A DNA stretch of 64,000 nt from Eledone cirrhosa (lineage: Eukaryota), in contig OZ024740.1 of NCBI GenBank assembly GCA_964016885.1, positions 54,746,001 to 54,810,000 of the forward strand, given 5' to 3'. Under the pieces are notes generated by a model that was not told where the DNA came from, ran no database searches, and saw nothing but the letters and a program-made list of their open reading frames with translations. Position 1 is the stretch's first letter. Each line of letters opens with the position of its first letter. The translations under genes and the position numbers were made by a program. Shown here in pieces: positions 27,566-39,990 of the stretch.

Positions 27566-28558
27566 TTTAGTTAGTATTTTCAAGAAATATACTGTTAAAA
27601 TCAAAGACGCATATATTTCTATTTGGAAGATATGCAAATATATGCTGTAACGTATAAGCAGTTAAATGCATATATGCATATATTAACATATAATCATCGT
27701 TGGGGGCTTTTAGTTTTATTCTGTTTTACTAATGAAGGTTTCACTTTACTTGCTGGTTCGTTCAAACATGTAAGTGGCATTGGTGTACACGCATATATAT
27801 ACACTGCGTGTATATATATATATGCGTGTATGTGTATTTCTGTGTATGTGTATGAATGTATGTTAGTATATATGCATATGTGTAGACAGAGGATGTACAT
27901 CGTTAATGATTCATGCCATTGGCAACATACCTTAGGTTGGCAGCTACCATGAGGACCTGTACTGAGCTTCCCAAAAGTAATAAGCTTATCCCGCGCTAAT
28001 GCGTAATTCATTAGAGGGAGAGAAAGAAGACTATCACAGCAAAATAGGAGGAACAGCATTTTAAAGAAGGTCTAATACAATGCTATTTTATACAGATAAA
28101 AATTACAGATAAACACACACGCGCGCATCACTTATATATATATATATGTATATATATATGTGTGCGTGTGTGTGTGTGTGAGGTGTGTGTGTGGGGGGTG
28201 GGGGGTGCATGTGTGTCTGTGTGTGTGTGTGTGCGTATGTGTCCCAGTGTGAGTGTAAATTAAAATGAAGCTGCACATAAGCATTGTGTCTATCGAGTAC
28301 TATTGTAAGAGACTTAATTTTATTTTAGATTTCATTTCAATTTTTTGTGAAATCATAACCGTATTAGTAAAGAAATACTTACGCTGCAGGTAGCATAACG
28401 AATCGAAAATAATGAAGTATATGCATGCATACATACAGGCACACACAGCAACATACACACATATATATTTATAGGTATTAGCATGTATCCGTATCTATCT
28501 ACCTATCTATTTATTAATCCCTCTCTTTCTTATTATATATATATACACACACATATAA

Positions 28559-28645
<87 letters not shown>

Positions 28646-29127
28646 AGCATCATATATATATATATATATCATATAAAAAAGATATATTCTAGACAAGTTT
28701 TCATTAAAAGAATCGGTTTTCGACGTCGTATTATCCATTGGTATGTAATTTTGCAAACTGGGAAATTCATATTTTATTTCCACCAATAGAATTATTTGTG
28801 ATATACTTCTATTTAAACGTTTGGAATCGTTCATAAATTAAACATGATAATTTTAAGAATTTTATGGTTAAATTTCTTTGATTTCTTTGAAATGTTAAAG
28901 ATATTATCAGGGTAAGAAAATATCGACGAATTATTACTATCTTATAGACGTAAAATGAGGAAACAATGACATGGTGACCAAATTAGCCATGTCTGAGAAA
29001 GGTATGATGTATGAACAAAATAGGACGTCTAATGTGGTATAATTTCATCTCTTATGAATAAACCTTCCTAAAAGTTCCAATTGCATTTTCAAATTCCTTG
29101 TTCCTATATGAATACATATACATACAT

Positions 29128-29159
<32 letters not shown>

Positions 29160-29767
29160 TTTATTTACACATATGTTTTCCTCTGCTGCTACACCGTCTT
29201 TTTCGTTCTACGTATCTTTACCCTTTCTAGCAGTCTCTCTCTCTGTTAGCCTCTTCCTCACCCTTCACTCACTCATTCTCTGTCACTACCTCTCCTCCTC
29301 CTCTTTCTTCCCGTTTGACCTGTGAGTAATTCTTTTCTCTCACATTCTCGGCCAAGCTGGTCGGAATTTTTTCTCTCTCGTCTACGATTTCACAGAACTT
29401 ATGTTTACCGAATTCGCAGACCAGACCCCTTCTTCCTCCCGTTAGACCTGTGCGAAATTCCTTACTTTCTCACATTTCAACCAGGTTTGATGGTCTTTAT
29501 TCTCTCGTTCACAATTTCACCGAACTTAAATTCATAGAAATCTGGGACTTGTCTCCTTCTTCCTCACTTTCTGTTGCTTCACCATTTTGTTTGTTTACCC
29601 TCGCGTCCCCTTTATTTACGTGTCCCAACGACTTTTTTTAGCCGTTGCTCGCACCAACCGGAGGTATATGGTCTTTAAAGCGATGAAATGCCTATGACAG
29701 TTGGAAGATCAATGATGAAGGACAAACTTTTTTCATATGTAACCCATTTGCAACTCCGCAGCGCCCT

Positions 29768-29823
<56 letters not shown>

Positions 29824-29866
29824 ATAACAGATGTAATTATATCACATTCGACGTCCTATATATATA

Positions 29867-29916
<50 letters not shown>

Positions 29917-30614
29917 ACCTTCGCCCACTTTTTGTCTTCGCCCACTTTTTTCAATTAATTTTATGAGATCTTAGCTGCGCGGGTCATTCTTTACAGTACG
30001 TGCGTTCTCTTCGTTATTCACTGTCTTTCTCTTCGCTTGTTATATCTGTCTGTTTAGGATTAACGTCCAAACTGTCTCTTCCACTTTGCTTTCTGTGTAT
30101 ACTTTCTATTCTTGTCTAATGTATTGGGCCTTGTTTGCTTCTCCTCTTTTCACTTGCAGCCCATTGGTTTGTAGTAAATTTTATTTCATTTTATGAGTGA
30201 ATAATCGTCTTGCCTTGTGACTGTCCTATGTGCACTGGAGTTAATGATATGGATCTTAAAGCATTGAAATCACTAAGACCTCCAGAGGCCGACTAATGAG
30301 AAGGGACTATCCTGTGTATCTTCCATTTTTCCGTTGTCTTCGCCCACTTTTATTTATTTATTATATATATATATAAGAAAGGTCTCATATCCATTGTTAA
30401 TCATTCAATTAGCGCATCGTCTTTTTTCTCTTTATTTACTCTCTCTCTCTCTATCTATCTATCTCTCTCTCCGTTCATCTCTCTCTCTCTCTCTATCCCT
30501 CCCTCCCTCTCTCTCTCCGCACACACAGTCACACATGCACCCACTAACACGCACTCAAACAAACACCGACACGCAGACACACACATACACTCACACACGT
30601 ACACACACACACAT

Positions 30615-30649
<35 letters not shown>

Positions 30650-31347
30650 ACCCTCCGTCACGGTGTATTAATTTACCCTCTATCTGCCATATACCTCCAG
30701 TTTTGTTTGTTTGTTGTTGTTATTTTTGCTTTTTCAATGTATTTAAATATGTATTGCTTGTTCCACTTCGTTAATTTGTTCCTTTATATACATCATTCAG
30801 AACACTCCAGGGGGGGGGGGGGGGGCATTTGTAGGCTGGACAGCCCCATCATTCTTTCTGGGATATACTTATAAAAAATGATGACATCTTCCCCCGCCAG
30901 TACTTTTATTGACATGTGAACTTAATTGATTTAATTCACTTCAACCGCTCTGAAAATTGGAAAAAATATAAACGTTCATATTTATTCAGAATATTCCCTT
31001 ACGATTTACGATTGAAGTATTTTAATTATATAAACGAATAGGAATGAGAGTCTTAACAGAGACCTATACATACGCGTGCGCTTTCTCCTTCCACTTTCTT
31101 CCTCCACTCCTTAAAATATCTGTGTTGCATAATTTCAAATACAAGTGCCACAAAAGAACAATATTTCCTGTTGTTGACTTAATTACATAAAATATTACGC
31201 TAGCAATGGATAAAGCAACTAGCAGCAGCTAAAAAAATGTTGATCTACAGCTATGTATAAAGTCCATGCTTGAAAGGCATAACTGCATTGTTGTAGTACC
31301 TGCACCTTGTTAAACGCTCTAGCCGCTAACAGTAGCTAATGAAAAGA

Positions 31348-31397
<50 letters not shown>

Positions 31398-31658
31398 TTT
31401 CTTTATTAACCACAAGGGTTTACATAAAGTAGACATTAAGGACAGTGCAGGACAATGCAGGACGGTACAAATGGGCATTTCTGCGTGTAAAAAAAACAAA
31501 AATAGAGGATGTAACAAAAATAACAATGAAAATAACAATGAAAAATTCCCCAATAGGGGGGAGACTTCGGAGGAACATTTGTGGAGAAAGCCCAGTAAAA
31601 AGCCACAATGACCCTGACCACCAAGGCAAGTGCCCTCTCCCAGTTTTCCACCTTTAGT

Positions 31659-34600
31659 TTACAGATATATACTCAGAGTCGGCCCATTCACTCGGGCCAT
31701 TCTTGCTTCTCTCACCCATCTTTCAACAAAATGCTGGGAAGAGAGCACTTCCTTCTCTACTCTGATTTTCCTTTTCAAATGAAATTTGAAAAAGTCAATC
31801 AGAGCATCACCGAAGAGGTAAGTGCTCGTCTTCAGCCCTTTCAAACGTGTCCACCATACTATCTCTTTCGCCATGGCCACCAGACAGATAAAAACTGCCT
31901 GCCCTTCCCGGCTAAAGGAGGAGGGCGGGGCAATCCTCACGATAGACTCAGATGATAGCTGGATCCGTCCTAAACGCGACAGCAGGTGTTCGACATAAAC
32001 CCACAAGTCAGCAATTTTCGGACACTGGACGAGTGCGTGCAGGACGGTTTCGTCGCCCTGCGCGCATCTCGGACATGCCCGGCTGACGGCACCTCCATGC
32101 CTGTAGAGTTTATCCCGAACTGGCAAGGCTCCTCGGTAGCACTGCCAGGCCAGAGATTTCTGGAAGTTGTCCATAGGCCCTGGCCCGAAGGTTCTTCCGA
32201 AGAGATTGGCTAGTTGATTTTCGTCGACGCCTAGAGTTTCCCCAAGTACGTCGTCGCTCTTCCCCTCCACTAATCCTCTATAGAACGCCGAGGTGGAGTT
32301 TCCACCGATCACATTGCCCGATTGGTCGAGGGCTGTGAGCGCCTGAAGACATTCCAGTCTCCAGGCGCTCCCTCTCGGTCTTCGCTTGACCCAGGACTGC
32401 AGCTCCGTCAAGGAAACGAGCTGGGGAAAAACGCGTCTAGCAAACGGCGACCACACCTGATCACCGTCGAGGAAGAGGTGGAGATGTCGTAGCCTGAGCG
32501 CGTGCCTGCGCATCATCAGCCACGGCATGCCCAGCCCTCCACGTAGCGGGTGTTGACAACAGATGGACCGCCTGACCATCGGAGCACGTCCCTTCCACAA
32601 AAAGCGAAAGAGCAAACGCTCCAGCGCAGTCAGGCGAGGCTTAGGACAAGGTACGACGGTTAGGCGGTAGCAGATGACAGACGCGATGTACGCGTTAGCC
32701 ACCTCCGCTCGACCTTTCAGGGATAGCTTCCTCTCCGCCCATTTCTGGGTGAGAGAAGCCACCCTGCTCGTCACCTCGTCCCAGTTTTTGTCCGTCTGGA
32801 GGTCCGGACCGAACCAGACCCCTAGCAATTTAACCGGTCCGTCCGTCCAGCGCCCGACGACGCTGTTGGACGGCATGGACCTGCCTCTCCAGGTGCCGAG
32901 CTGCAGGCCCACTGACTTTTCCTGGTTGATCATTGCTCCTGTCACCGCTTCGTATTCTCTTAGTGTAGTGCCGATCGCCTCGATGTGTTTGGCGTTCGAC
33001 ACCACTACGGTGACATCGTCCGCATATGCTGACACGGATCTTCCGCATCCTAGTTCGCGCGGGACTCCCCTCAACGTCTCCAGTTTGTGCAGTAATGGCT
33101 CGAGAGTCAATACGTACAAGAGGGACGAGAGGGGACATCCTTGGCGGACCGAGCGCATGATGTTGAACGGTTCCGACAGGTGACCGTTCACTCTCACCAC
33201 AGAGCAGATGTCGCTGTGCATGGCAGCGATCCAGCCTCTGAAGACGGGCCCAAAGCCAGCCGCCCTCAGGACTGCCGCTAGGTAACGATGGTCGACCCTA
33301 TCGAAAGCTTTCGACTGATCTAAATTGATCAAGGACCCACCCGTGCCAGGTTCCCTAGCTACCTTCTCTACGATGTATCGCATGAGGTGGAGGTTGTCGT
33401 GGATGGATCTGTCGGGAATGGCGCATGTCTGCGCCTCTCCCACCAGACCACCAACGACAAGCGCCAACCTCTTTGCTAGCACCTTGGCCAAAATCTTAAA
33501 CTCTGTGTTTAGCAGAGTTATGGGCCGGAAATTGTCTATGTTATCCCCCTTGTTCGGATCCTTTCTCAGCAGTGCCACCGCTCCTCGGCTCACAGAACTG
33601 GGAATTCTCCCGTTCTGTTGCCAGTTGCAGTAGACGTCCGCCAAGAGGCCTCCGAACAAGTCTGGCATCTGTACGTAAAGTTCATAGGGCAGACCATCCA
33701 AACCAGGCGATTTACCCCTTGTGCAGCCAGTCATTGCCTCCCTTACTTCAGCGGCTGTTATCGGCTTTTCGCAACACTTCGCCTCAGTGGCCGAGAGCCG
33801 CGGCAGTCCGTCGAGGTAGACACTAAAGTCCATCCCTCTACCCGGCCCCCCGCTGCCCCCGAACAGCTGAGCGAAGTGTCGCTGAAAAGCTTCACACATT
33901 TGCCCGGGATCGAGTAGCATGCGCCCGTCGTGGTCCACCAAAGACCGGATCGTGGCTTTGTTGCCACGACGCGCCTCCGCCACTCGGGCCCATTGAACGG
34001 CTTTCGTCCCCTCGTGTCTGAGAGCACGCACCCTAGCTCTGACAACGCAGCCTTCGTGCTTTGCATTGAAGAATTGGTCAAGGGCCAATTTCGCCGCAAG
34101 CACGTCGGTCGCAATGCCTTTGCTAAGCGCCTCGTCTAATTTTCTAACTAGTTCTCCCTCTGCTCTATTTTTCTCTATTGCTAAAGCCTTACTAAACCTA
34201 ATCGATTCTATTCTAATCGCTCTTTTCAGAGCAAACCACCACTTGTTGTTGACGATGGCCCCCGTCAACGCCCGCTTAACTAGTTCGCTAATCCGGTCTC
34301 TGTAGGCCTTGCGCGCTGGTAAGGACGCGTTTAGCTTCCAGTAGCCGGGTCCTCGTCTATGAAGCCTATCTAAGTCAAGCACACAGATCACGAATTTGTG
34401 GTCCGTGTAGCTGACTATCTTGAATTGTGGACAGCCTATGCTAGACCTATCTATTTCCCTACAAAATACTCTATCTAGATATGATCTGGATGACCCTATG
34501 CGGTTTGTCCAAGTCCACATTGGCACATTCGGGAAATCCAATCGGTACCTGTCAGACAGTTCAAAACGCCTGAGCAGGTTGGTGAGGCTCTTGCACCCTC

Positions 34601-35078
34601 CACCCCTATCCGCTAATCCCACACAGTCCCAGCGTGCATCTAAGATCCCGTTCCAGTCGCCCACTAACACTAAAGAGCGCGACGTTCCAAGAAAGGTCTC
34701 CAGACGCCGGAAGAAATCAGGCCGCCCTGCTCCTGTCGGGGCATAGACGGCCACTAGCCTGAAAGCTTGCCCGTCTCCGCTGGTCACGTCCAGCACCACC
34801 AGCTTACCCTCTGGGTCCAGGAAGATGGCCCGTATGGCGAGATCCAAACCTCTCCGAAAAAGCACAGCAACTCCTCCACCCGATCCAGGACGGCTGGGAG
34901 ATGCGTACACATCGTAGCCGCCGAAGATCGGTGCGAAGGCCCGTGCTTCGGAGATTCTGGTCTCGCTGATGGCCACTACATCTATGTTTAGTGACCTGAG
35001 GTCGTTGAGCAGGTGACCCTGCTTCCATGACGACCCCAAGCCACGCGCATTTATGCTGCCTATTCTGAGTGAGGTCAT
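31659..35078 (-). CDS. LINE ORF2: APE endonuclease + reverse transcriptase + C-terminal zinc finger (1139 aa, uninterrupted)
   Basis: SINARG, SETR, VYAP, GDWN, YLDR, TDH (APE); [36 protein letters not shown] (RT); CPRC..ETVLHALVQC. Confidence 0.97.
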   Translation of the reverse strand: MTSLRIGSINARGLGSSWKQGHLLNDLRSLNIDVVAISETRISEARAFAPIFGGYDVYASPSRPGSGGGVAVLFRRGLDLAIRAIFLDPEGKLVVLDVTSGDGQAFRLVAVYAPTGAGRPDFFRRLETFLGTSRSLVLVGDWNGILDARWDCVGLADRGGGCKSLTNLLRRFELSDRYRLDFPNVPMWTWTNRIGSSRSYLDRVFCREIDRSSIGCPQFKIVSYTDHKFVICVLDLDRLHRRGPGYWKLNASLPARKAYRDRISELVKRALTGAIVNNKWWFALKRAIRIESIRFSKALAIEKNRAEGELVRKLDEALSKGIATDVLAAKLALDQFFNAKHEGCVVRARVRALRHEGTKAVQWARVAEARRGNKATIRSLVDHDGRMLLDPGQMCEAFQRHFAQLFGGSGGPGRGMDFSVYLDGLPRLSATEAKCCEKPITAAEVREAMTGCTRGKSPGLDGLPYELYVQMPDLFGGLLADVYCNWQQNGRIPSSVSRGAVALLRKDPNKGDNIDNFRPITLLNTEFKILAKVLAKRLALVVGGLVGEAQTCAIPDRSIHDNLHLMRYIVEKVAREPGTGGSLINLDQSKAFDRVDHRYLAAVLRAAGFGPVFRGWIAAMHSDICSVVRVNGHLSEPFNIMRSVRQGCPLSSLLYVLTLEPLLHKLETLRGVPRELGCGRSVSAYADDVTVVVSNAKHIEAIGTTLREYEAVTGAMINQEKSVGLQLGTWRGRSMPSNSVVGRWTDGPVKLLGVWFGPDLQTDKNWDEVTSRVASLTQKWAERKLSLKGRAEVANAYIASVICYRLTVVPCPKPRLTALERLLFRFLWKGRAPMVRRSICCQHPLRGGLGMPWLMMRRHALRLRHLHLFLDGDQVWSPFARRVFPQLVSLTELQSWVKRRPRGSAWRLECLQALTALDQSGNVIGGNSTSAFYRGLVEGKSDDVLGETLGVDENQLANLFGRTFGPGPMDNFQKSLAWQCYRGALPVRDKLYRHGGAVSRACPRCAQGDETVLHALVQCPKIADLWVYVEHLLSRLGRIQLSSESIVRIAPPSSFSREGQAVFICLVAMAKEIVWWTRLKGLKTSTYLFGDALIDFFKFHLKRKIRVEKEVLSSQHFVERWVREARMARVNGPTLSIYL

Positions 35079-35113
35079 GTTTAAAATAGAGTGGAAAAGA
35101 TGGGAAAGACCAC

Positions 35114-37207
35114 TTACCGTATTTTTGGTAGAGGAGGGATGGTTTTTACATCCCTTTTCACTTGATCGTCTGGTGAAGGGACCGTTGAATCGTCCCTTCG
35201 GCTGGTCGTCGGCTCTTCTAAGAGAATGTCTGAATATACTCTTCGATTAATGGTTCCTCCTAGGTCCCTGAAATCACCAACTGCGTTGGGGAATTTCGTT
35301 TTAATGTTTGTGTATTGTTTCTGTGCTATTTTTAGCAGTCTTATGTTAGTTGGCGTTTTGATTGGTGCTGGTATTATGTAGTCCTGTTGTGAAATGTCTG
35401 TGTGTTCAATTATGTAAGTCATTAGTTTCTTGTTGTGTGTGTTTATTGCCGTGCATTTGTTTTTCTGGGGGTGGGGTGTGGTTCTGCTATTTTCTTGTCG
35501 TTGTTGCTGGGTGTGTGTGTTTTGTTGTTGTGTTTGCGATGTTGGTGCTTGTGGTGTTGAAGGTGTTGTTGGCGGTGGGGTTGTCGCCGGTGGTGATGGT
35601 GGTGCTGGTGTGGGTGGTGATGGTGTTGGTGGTGTTGCTGCTGTGGGTCTCTTTGCAGTAGACTTTACCCTTTTCTCATTTCTTTCCTCACTTTTCAAAG
35701 GCGACGATGCGCTGCTTCTGCGTTTGTGCCTTCTTGAGACCTTTTGCCATCCCTCTCCCACCTCACACTCCATGTCTGATTCTGTAAGGTCGGGGAGGGG
35801 TACCAGCTCCACTCTTTCACTTGTTGTTGTTGGTGATGTTTGCACTGGAGTCTCTGTTGCAGCTGCATTTGGTATTGCTGTTGTTGTTGTTAATATTTCC
35901 ACTGCTGCTGCTGTCTTTGATTTCCGTGGAGTGGGTATGGGTGCCACGGACCTATCGTTCCTGGTTGCCGCTTGTCCTGTTGCTGGTAGCCGTGGAACCG
36001 GATTCGGGAGGAGGGGGGTTTTCTCCTTTCTCAGGGTCTTCTCGTTGCAGAAGGCCCTGAGGTGAGTCTTCGATCCACAGCGAAAGCATTTCGGGCGTTT
36101 GCCCTCAACACTTATGGGCAGTTGAGTGCCGTTATCGAAGTCTATCACATCCGGGATAGCTTCGATGCACTCCTGGTTGGTTTGGATTAGCATCTCAATG
36201 GAGGAGCCGACCCAATCTTCTCTTACTTTTTTCTGTACTTGCAGTACAGTTGTTTTGTCCTCGATTCCGACGAGGACAGACGCGGCCAGCCAAGAAGGGG
36301 TCATTCCGGGGGGGACGTGGGTCAGTTTGACCCTCACAATTTTTTGCCCGCAGTAGGAGGGCACCAACACCATTTCCTCGCTCCTTAGGGTCACTACTGA
36401 TTGGGCCTTTGCCTCCTGGGGTGTGGCAAAAAGTACGTCTACGGTGGCGTATTTTTTGCCTCGGGTGATGTGCGTTTTCCTCTGCCACACAGACCCCAAG
36501 GCTTTTTGTATTTGGGCCTCTGTGGCTCTTTCCACCCTACGGGATTTTGTACTTACTGTACGGTACGTGACCGTACAGTGCTCTTGGGTTTCGAAAAAAT
36601 TTTTCGCTGCCTTGCAGATTGCTCGGTGTCCGTTCTTTGTCACCATCTTCTTCGCTTCCTCTAATTCCTCATTTGTTATGAGGATTGTTTCCAGGTTTTT
36701 CGCAATACCTGCAAATGAGATTGGTTTTTCTCTGCTGTTGTTGTTGTCGTCAGAGCTGCTGGTACTTTTGTTGTTGCTGCAGGTACTACGACTACTGCCT
36801 CCGCCGCTGTTGCTGTGGTTGTTGTTGGTGTTGCTGCTGCTAATGCTGTTGTTGTTTATGCTGCTGGTGATGCTGTTGCGGCTGCTACTGTTGTTTTCAT
36901 TGTCACTGTTGCTGTTGTTATTACGGCTGCTACTGCTATTATTCCTGACGTCAGACGAATGAACTGGGTTTTCGTATTTCCCGCACACCTGTTTCGTCGC
37001 TGTCGTCGTCGTCGTGGAGAAACCTTGCACGCTTTGCACGAGACTTTTCTTTTCTTTCGTCGCTTGCGAAAGAGAAGGTAGGGAGAGAGACACATTTAAA
37101 GAAGGGAGGGAGAGAGACAATCTTCTCTCTCCTGTAGTGATGATTGAGGAAGAAGAAGACGGAATGAGTGGGAGTGACGTATGAAATTTTTTTTTTTTGG
37201 TAGCCAT
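35114..37207 (-). CDS. LINE ORF1, gag-like nucleic-acid-binding protein with CCHC zinc knuckle (ATG at 37207, ~697 aa)
   Basis: CFRCGSKTHLRAFC knuckle, GWQKV motif, N/S- and P/T-rich disordered tracts; lies directly upstream of ORF2. Confidence 0.9.
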   Translation of the reverse strand: MATKKKKFHTSLPLIPSSSSSIITTGERRLSLSLPSLNVSLSLPSLSQATKEKKSLVQSVQGFSTTTTTATKQVCGKYENPVHSSDVRNNSSSSRNNNSNSDNENNSSSRNSITSSINNNSISSSNTNNNHSNSGGGSSRSTCSNNKSTSSSDDNNNSREKPISFAGIAKNLETILITNEELEEAKKMVTKNGHRAICKAAKNFFETQEHCTVTYRTVSTKSRRVERATEAQIQKALGSVWQRKTHITRGKKYATVDVLFATPQEAKAQSVVTLRSEEMVLVPSYCGQKIVRVKLTHVPPGMTPSWLAASVLVGIEDKTTVLQVQKKVREDWVGSSIEMLIQTNQECIEAIPDVIDFDNGTQLPISVEGKRPKCFRCGSKTHLRAFCNEKTLRKEKTPLLPNPVPRLPATGQAATRNDRSVAPIPTPRKSKTAAAVEILTTTTAIPNAAATETPVQTSPTTTSERVELVPLPDLTESDMECEVGEGWQKVSRRHKRRSSASSPLKSEERNEKRVKSTAKRPTAATPPTPSPPTPAPPSPPATTPPPTTPSTPQAPTSQTQQQNTHTQQQRQENSRTTPHPQKNKCTAINTHNKKLMTYIIEHTDISQQDYIIPAPIKTPTNIRLLKIAQKQYTNIKTKFPNAVGDFRDLGGTINRRVYSDILLEEPTTSRRDDSTVPSPDDQVKRDVKTIPPLPKIR

Positions 37208-37441
37208 GTTTTTTTGTTTAAAATGAAATTTTGGGTACAAAACCCCAATAACTGGCTATTTAACCCCGAAGGGCCAAATAACGGACAGAAAGACCCCTCT
37301 CACGAGGAGGAGGGTGTCTTTATCAACAATTGGGTTCAAGTTTTAAGCAATTTACAATTGTTTTAACGGTTAAAAATTACTATACCTTACAGAGCCGAGC
37401 CTCCGTCAACCATGGCATTCAATAATAATAATAATAATAAT

Positions 37442-39820
37442 AAACTAAAACATTCTGGAGAGGAATATGGGAGCAGAATGTTAGACATAATGTCCAGGCA
37501 GGGTGGATTGAGACAGTGCAGAGGGAGATCGGTGAACAGGCTCACCAACAAACTGATTTGAGTATCACAGTTGAAACTCTTAAGGGGCAGGCCAAAAAAC
37601 TAACCAACTGGAAATCACCAGGCCCAGATGGTGTGCAGGGGTATTGGATTAAAAATTTAACATCCCTCAGCCCGAAGCTGACGGCCATGTTCAATGACTG
37701 CTTGGTGTCGGGTGAGGTGCCAGAGTGGTTGACAAAAGGTACCACAGTTCTGATAATGAAAGACCGAATCAAGGGTAATGATGTTACCAACTATAGACCT
37801 ATCACATGTCTGTCCGTAATGTGGAAACTGTTGACGAGCATTGTGTCTGAGGAAATCTACCATCACCTTCACACAAACAACTTGTTACCGGACGAACAGA
37901 AAGGATGCCGAAAGAAGTCACGTGGTACAAAGGACCAGTTACTTATTGATAAGATGGTAATGGGGAATTGCAGGAGGAGACACACTGATCTTGCCATGGG
38001 ATGCATAGACTACAGAAAGGCATTTGACATGGTGCCTCTTCTTGGATCACCAAAAGCCTGGAGATCTTCAGGGTGGCAGATAACATCAGACAGTTGCTGG
38101 GCAGGAGTATGGGGTACTGGGAGACAGAGTTGACATCAACTGGAGTATCCTTGGGAAGCGTGAATATAAAGAGAGGTATCTTCCAGGGAGATAGCCTGTC
38201 CCCTCTGTTGTTTGTCCTTGCCCTGATGCCCTTGACCATTATGCTGCGAAAAGTGAGAGCAGGATACAAGTTGGGAAAGGGAGAGCTTACCATCAATCAC
38301 CTCCTCTTCATGGACGATCTTAAGCTCTTCGGGAAAAGTGAGAAGGAGTTGGATGTGCTTGTTGACACTGTCCGTATTTTCAGCAATAATATATGTATGC
38401 AGTTTGGTATTAGTAAATGTGGAGTCATTGTGATGAGGAGGGGTAGGTTGAGCAGAAGTAACGGGATCCAGATACCAACAGGTGAGATGATAAAGGAAAT
38501 TGACTCTGAGGAAGGATACAAGTATTTGGGCGTCCTGGAGGCTGATGGCATAAAGAACAAAAAAATGAAGGAATTGTTAAGAACTGAATACATTCGGAGA
38601 ATAAGGAGCGTATTGAAGTCACATCTGAACAGCAGAAATGCCATAAGCGCAGTAAATTCCCGAGCTGTGTCTATTATTATGTACAGTGCGGGAATTCTGA
38701 GATGGAATGTTGCTGAACAAAAAGAAATGGATAGGAAGACTAGGAAGCTATTGACTATCTACAACATGTTCCACAAGAGGAGTGATGTCGATAGACTCTA
38801 CCTAAGGAGATCTGAGGGTGGAAGAGGTCTTATCAGCATAGAGGACTGTGTTCAGATGGAGAAAAACAACCTATACAAATACGTGACCTATAGTAAGGAG
38901 CCAATGCTCAGAACTGTACTGAAGGAGGGGACAGTAGGCTAGGGGATGTCCAAGGAGGAAATAACATCAAGGAGGAAGAGCAGCCTTAAGGGAAAATCCC
39001 TTCATAGTACCTTCTTTGAGAAAACTGAATTTAGAGATCCACAGACATGGAACTGGTTGAGAAGAGGAGACCTCAAAAAGGCTACAGAAGGAATGCTAAT
39101 GGCTGCGCAGGAGCAGGCCCTCAAAACGAAGTGGTTGAAGCACCATATTTACAAGGAGGAGGCTAGCCCACTGTGCAGCATATGTGGAGAGAGAGAGGAG
39201 ACTGTGGCTCACATTGTGTCCGAGTGTAAACACCTAGCCCAGACCCACTATAAGGGCTGGAGACACGATGTGGTGGGCAGGGTGATCCACTGACACCTGT
39301 GCAAAGTAAACAATTTACCACATTCTGAGAAATGGTATGAGCATAGGCCAGGGGTGGTGATGGAGAACAAACAGGTGAAGGTGCTGTGGGATTTTAGGAT
39401 ACAGACGGACAAAAAACTGGAACACAATAGACCTGACCTGGTGGTTGTGGACAAAGAAAAAAGATCGTGTCTGATTGTGGATGTGGCCTGCCCTTTCGAC
39501 ACGAGAGTGCAAGAGAAGGAGAGGGAGAAAATTAACCGATACCAGGACCTAAAGTGGGAGGTGAAAAGGATTTGGAACTGCCATGAAGTCAAAGTGATCC
39601 CGATTGTCATAGGCGCACTGGGGACTATCTCCAAAAGTTTCCAGGGATGGTTAAAGAAAATCGGCCCCTTCACGCTTTTTGGAACGCTTCAAAAGGCATG
39701 CTTGCTGGGAACAGCAAAAACCCTCCGATACGTCCTGAATATCTGAGGCTGCAGGTAGTGGCTTGATATTCATTCCAACGGACTTTCCAGTTAACCAACA
39801 TCAATGACTGAGATTCAAGG
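37442..39820 (+). mobile_element. 5'-truncated R4/Dong-like non-LTR retrotransposon (RT + restriction-like endonuclease), disrupted
   Basis: WKSPGPDG, NYRPITCL, IDYRKAFD, GIFQGDSLSPLLF, HLLFMDD, CSIC..ETVAHIVSEC, RHD, RPDLVV..D..KINRY. Frameshift ~38035, stops 38940 and ~39291; (AAT)n on both flanks. Confidence 0.92.
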
Positions 39821-39837
39821 AATAACAACAATAATAC

Positions 39838-39907
<70 letters not shown>

Positions 39908-39990
39908 TACAATGATTACAATGACAACAAAACAATAACATCAATGACAATGATAATGATAATATTGATAATGGTAATAATAATAATAAC
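39821..39990. repeat. (AAT)n microsatellite / Dong target-tail
   Basis: Visible. Confidence 0.95.

Larger units (their letters stand above)
31396..37420 (-). mobile_element. Full-length L1/Tx1-type LINE inserted in (AAT)n
   Basis: 5'UTR, ORF1, 35-nt spacer, ORF2, U-rich 3'UTR ending AATAAAGAAATC; (AAT)n at 31348-31395 and 37421-37441. Confidence 0.95.

Noticed and set aside
30810-30825. G16 run as a functional G-quadruplex
   Set aside because: Isolated homopolymer with no supporting context.
31986-36962. Plus-strand ORFs overlapping the Tx1 element
   Set aside because: Antisense shadows of GC-rich coding sequence with no domain features.
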